A stretch of 63,496 nucleotides of DNA, the filler included, from Chiloscyllium plagiosum (Eukaryota): assembly GCF_004010195.1 (NCBI RefSeq). It is 4 parts of one record of this genome, joined end to end, with 100 filler letters (N's around TTAATTAATTAA, not from the genome) between each part and the next. Parts side by side here need not be neighbours in the genome. Positions count along the whole stretch, not along the records: positions 60,493 to 63,496 come from NC_057715.1; 3 more parts are not named here. The stretch is one strand, 5' to 3'. Below the pieces are notes generated by a model that worked only from the letters and a program-made list of their open reading frames with translations, was not told the origin of the DNA and made no database searches. Below, piece after piece: positions 62,588-63,496 of this stretch (within the stretch, counting starts at the first letter, position 1; each line of letters starts with the position of its first letter). Both the position numbers and the translations under genes were made by a program.

Positions 62588-63496
62588 GCAGAGAGCGGCG
62601 TGAACTGGGCAGAAGTGAGGTTGGAGCGCAGAGCTGGTCGGGAAGGTAAGTGACTGATATATAAAGAACTTACCTCGACATCAACGGTCTTCTCACAGCA
62701 GAGAGCGACGCGGGCTGGGCGGAAGTGAGGTTGGAGCGCAGAGCTGGTCGTGAAGGTAAGTGACTGATATATAAAGAACTTATCTCGACGCCAATGGTCT
62801 TCTCACAGCAGAGAGCGGCGTGAGCTGGGCGGAAGTGAGGATGGAGCGCAGAGCTGGTCGGGAAGGTAAGTGATTGATATTTGAGTGGGTGTGTTCTAGA
62901 CCCCAGGCCCTACACAGTATCAATCACTTACCTTCCCGACCAGCTCTGCGCTCCAACCTCACTTCCGCCCAGCTCGCGCCGCTCTCTGCTGTGAGAAGAC
63001 CGTTGACGTCGAGGTAAGTTCTTTTTATATCAGTAGGGCCTCCCTCCCATCCTCCTCCTCTAACCTAATTTTAAAGTCCACAGGTAAGCTACTCAGTGTT
63101 CTTGTTTTGGAGACGAGGTGTAGAGTAATGGCAGCGCAGGCAGTGGAATGTTCCTCCTGCAGGATGTTTGAGGTAGGGGTGACCACCGAAACTCCTGCCG
63201 ACTTCATCTGCAGGAAATGCAGTCAGATCCTGTTCCTCACAGAACGAGTTAGGGAACTGGAACTGAGTTGGATGAACTGAGGATTATTTGAAAGGCTGAG
63301 AGGGTGATAGATAGAAGCTACAGGGACATAGCTACGCCAGAGAACAGAGGTAGCTGGGTAACAGTTAGAGGTGGGAAGGGGAGGAAGCAGGCAGTGCAGG
63401 GATCCCCTGTGGTCGTTCCCCTAAACAATAAGTATACCGCTTTGGATACTGTTGGGGGGGACGGCCTAGCAGGGGTAAGCTGCAGCGACCGGGTCT
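62586..63496 (+). mobile_element. CR1 LINE 5' end: 110-bp tandem monomers, inverted monomer, ORF1 start
   Basis: Monomers start at 62586, 62696 and 62806; ATG 63128 MAAQAVECSSCRMF...FICRKCSQ...VRELEL, then a frameshift and VPLNNKYTAL. Confidence 0.85.

Noticed and set aside
62880..63075. HDV-like ribozyme at the CR1 5' end
   Set aside because: Only a simple GGCCCTAC/GTAGGGCC stem is visible; I could not build the nested double pseudoknot by eye.

Overview
AT-rich, repeat-dominated vertebrate non-coding DNA, most likely from a cartilaginous fish (inferred from HE1-type V-SINEs, CR1/HER1-like LINEs and Deu-domain SINEs; recognised by eye, no database search). I found no credible host protein-coding exon. 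The window is a mosaic of CR1, RTE, L1/Tx1 and L2/CR1-like LINE fragments, tRNA-derived SINEs, a solo LTR, Harbinger relics, a 42-bp minisatellite, one sized gap and three artificial N44-TTAATTAATTAA-N44 linkers. The most striking biology is a dense population of Penelope-like elements (PLEs; Neptune- and Poseidon-type RT/GIY-YIG fragments) and short non-autonomous derivatives. At least five sequence families carry minimal type I hammerhead ribozyme motifs, and one family has a compensatory U3-A8 core. Many copies are palindromic insertions with 7-16 bp target-site duplications, an asymmetric 3' tail and breakpoints at the ribozyme's stem I, and several are nested inside each other. Three TE-free segments carry compact CSL/RBPJ+ETS+SOX motif clusters that may be vascular or haematopoietic enhancers.
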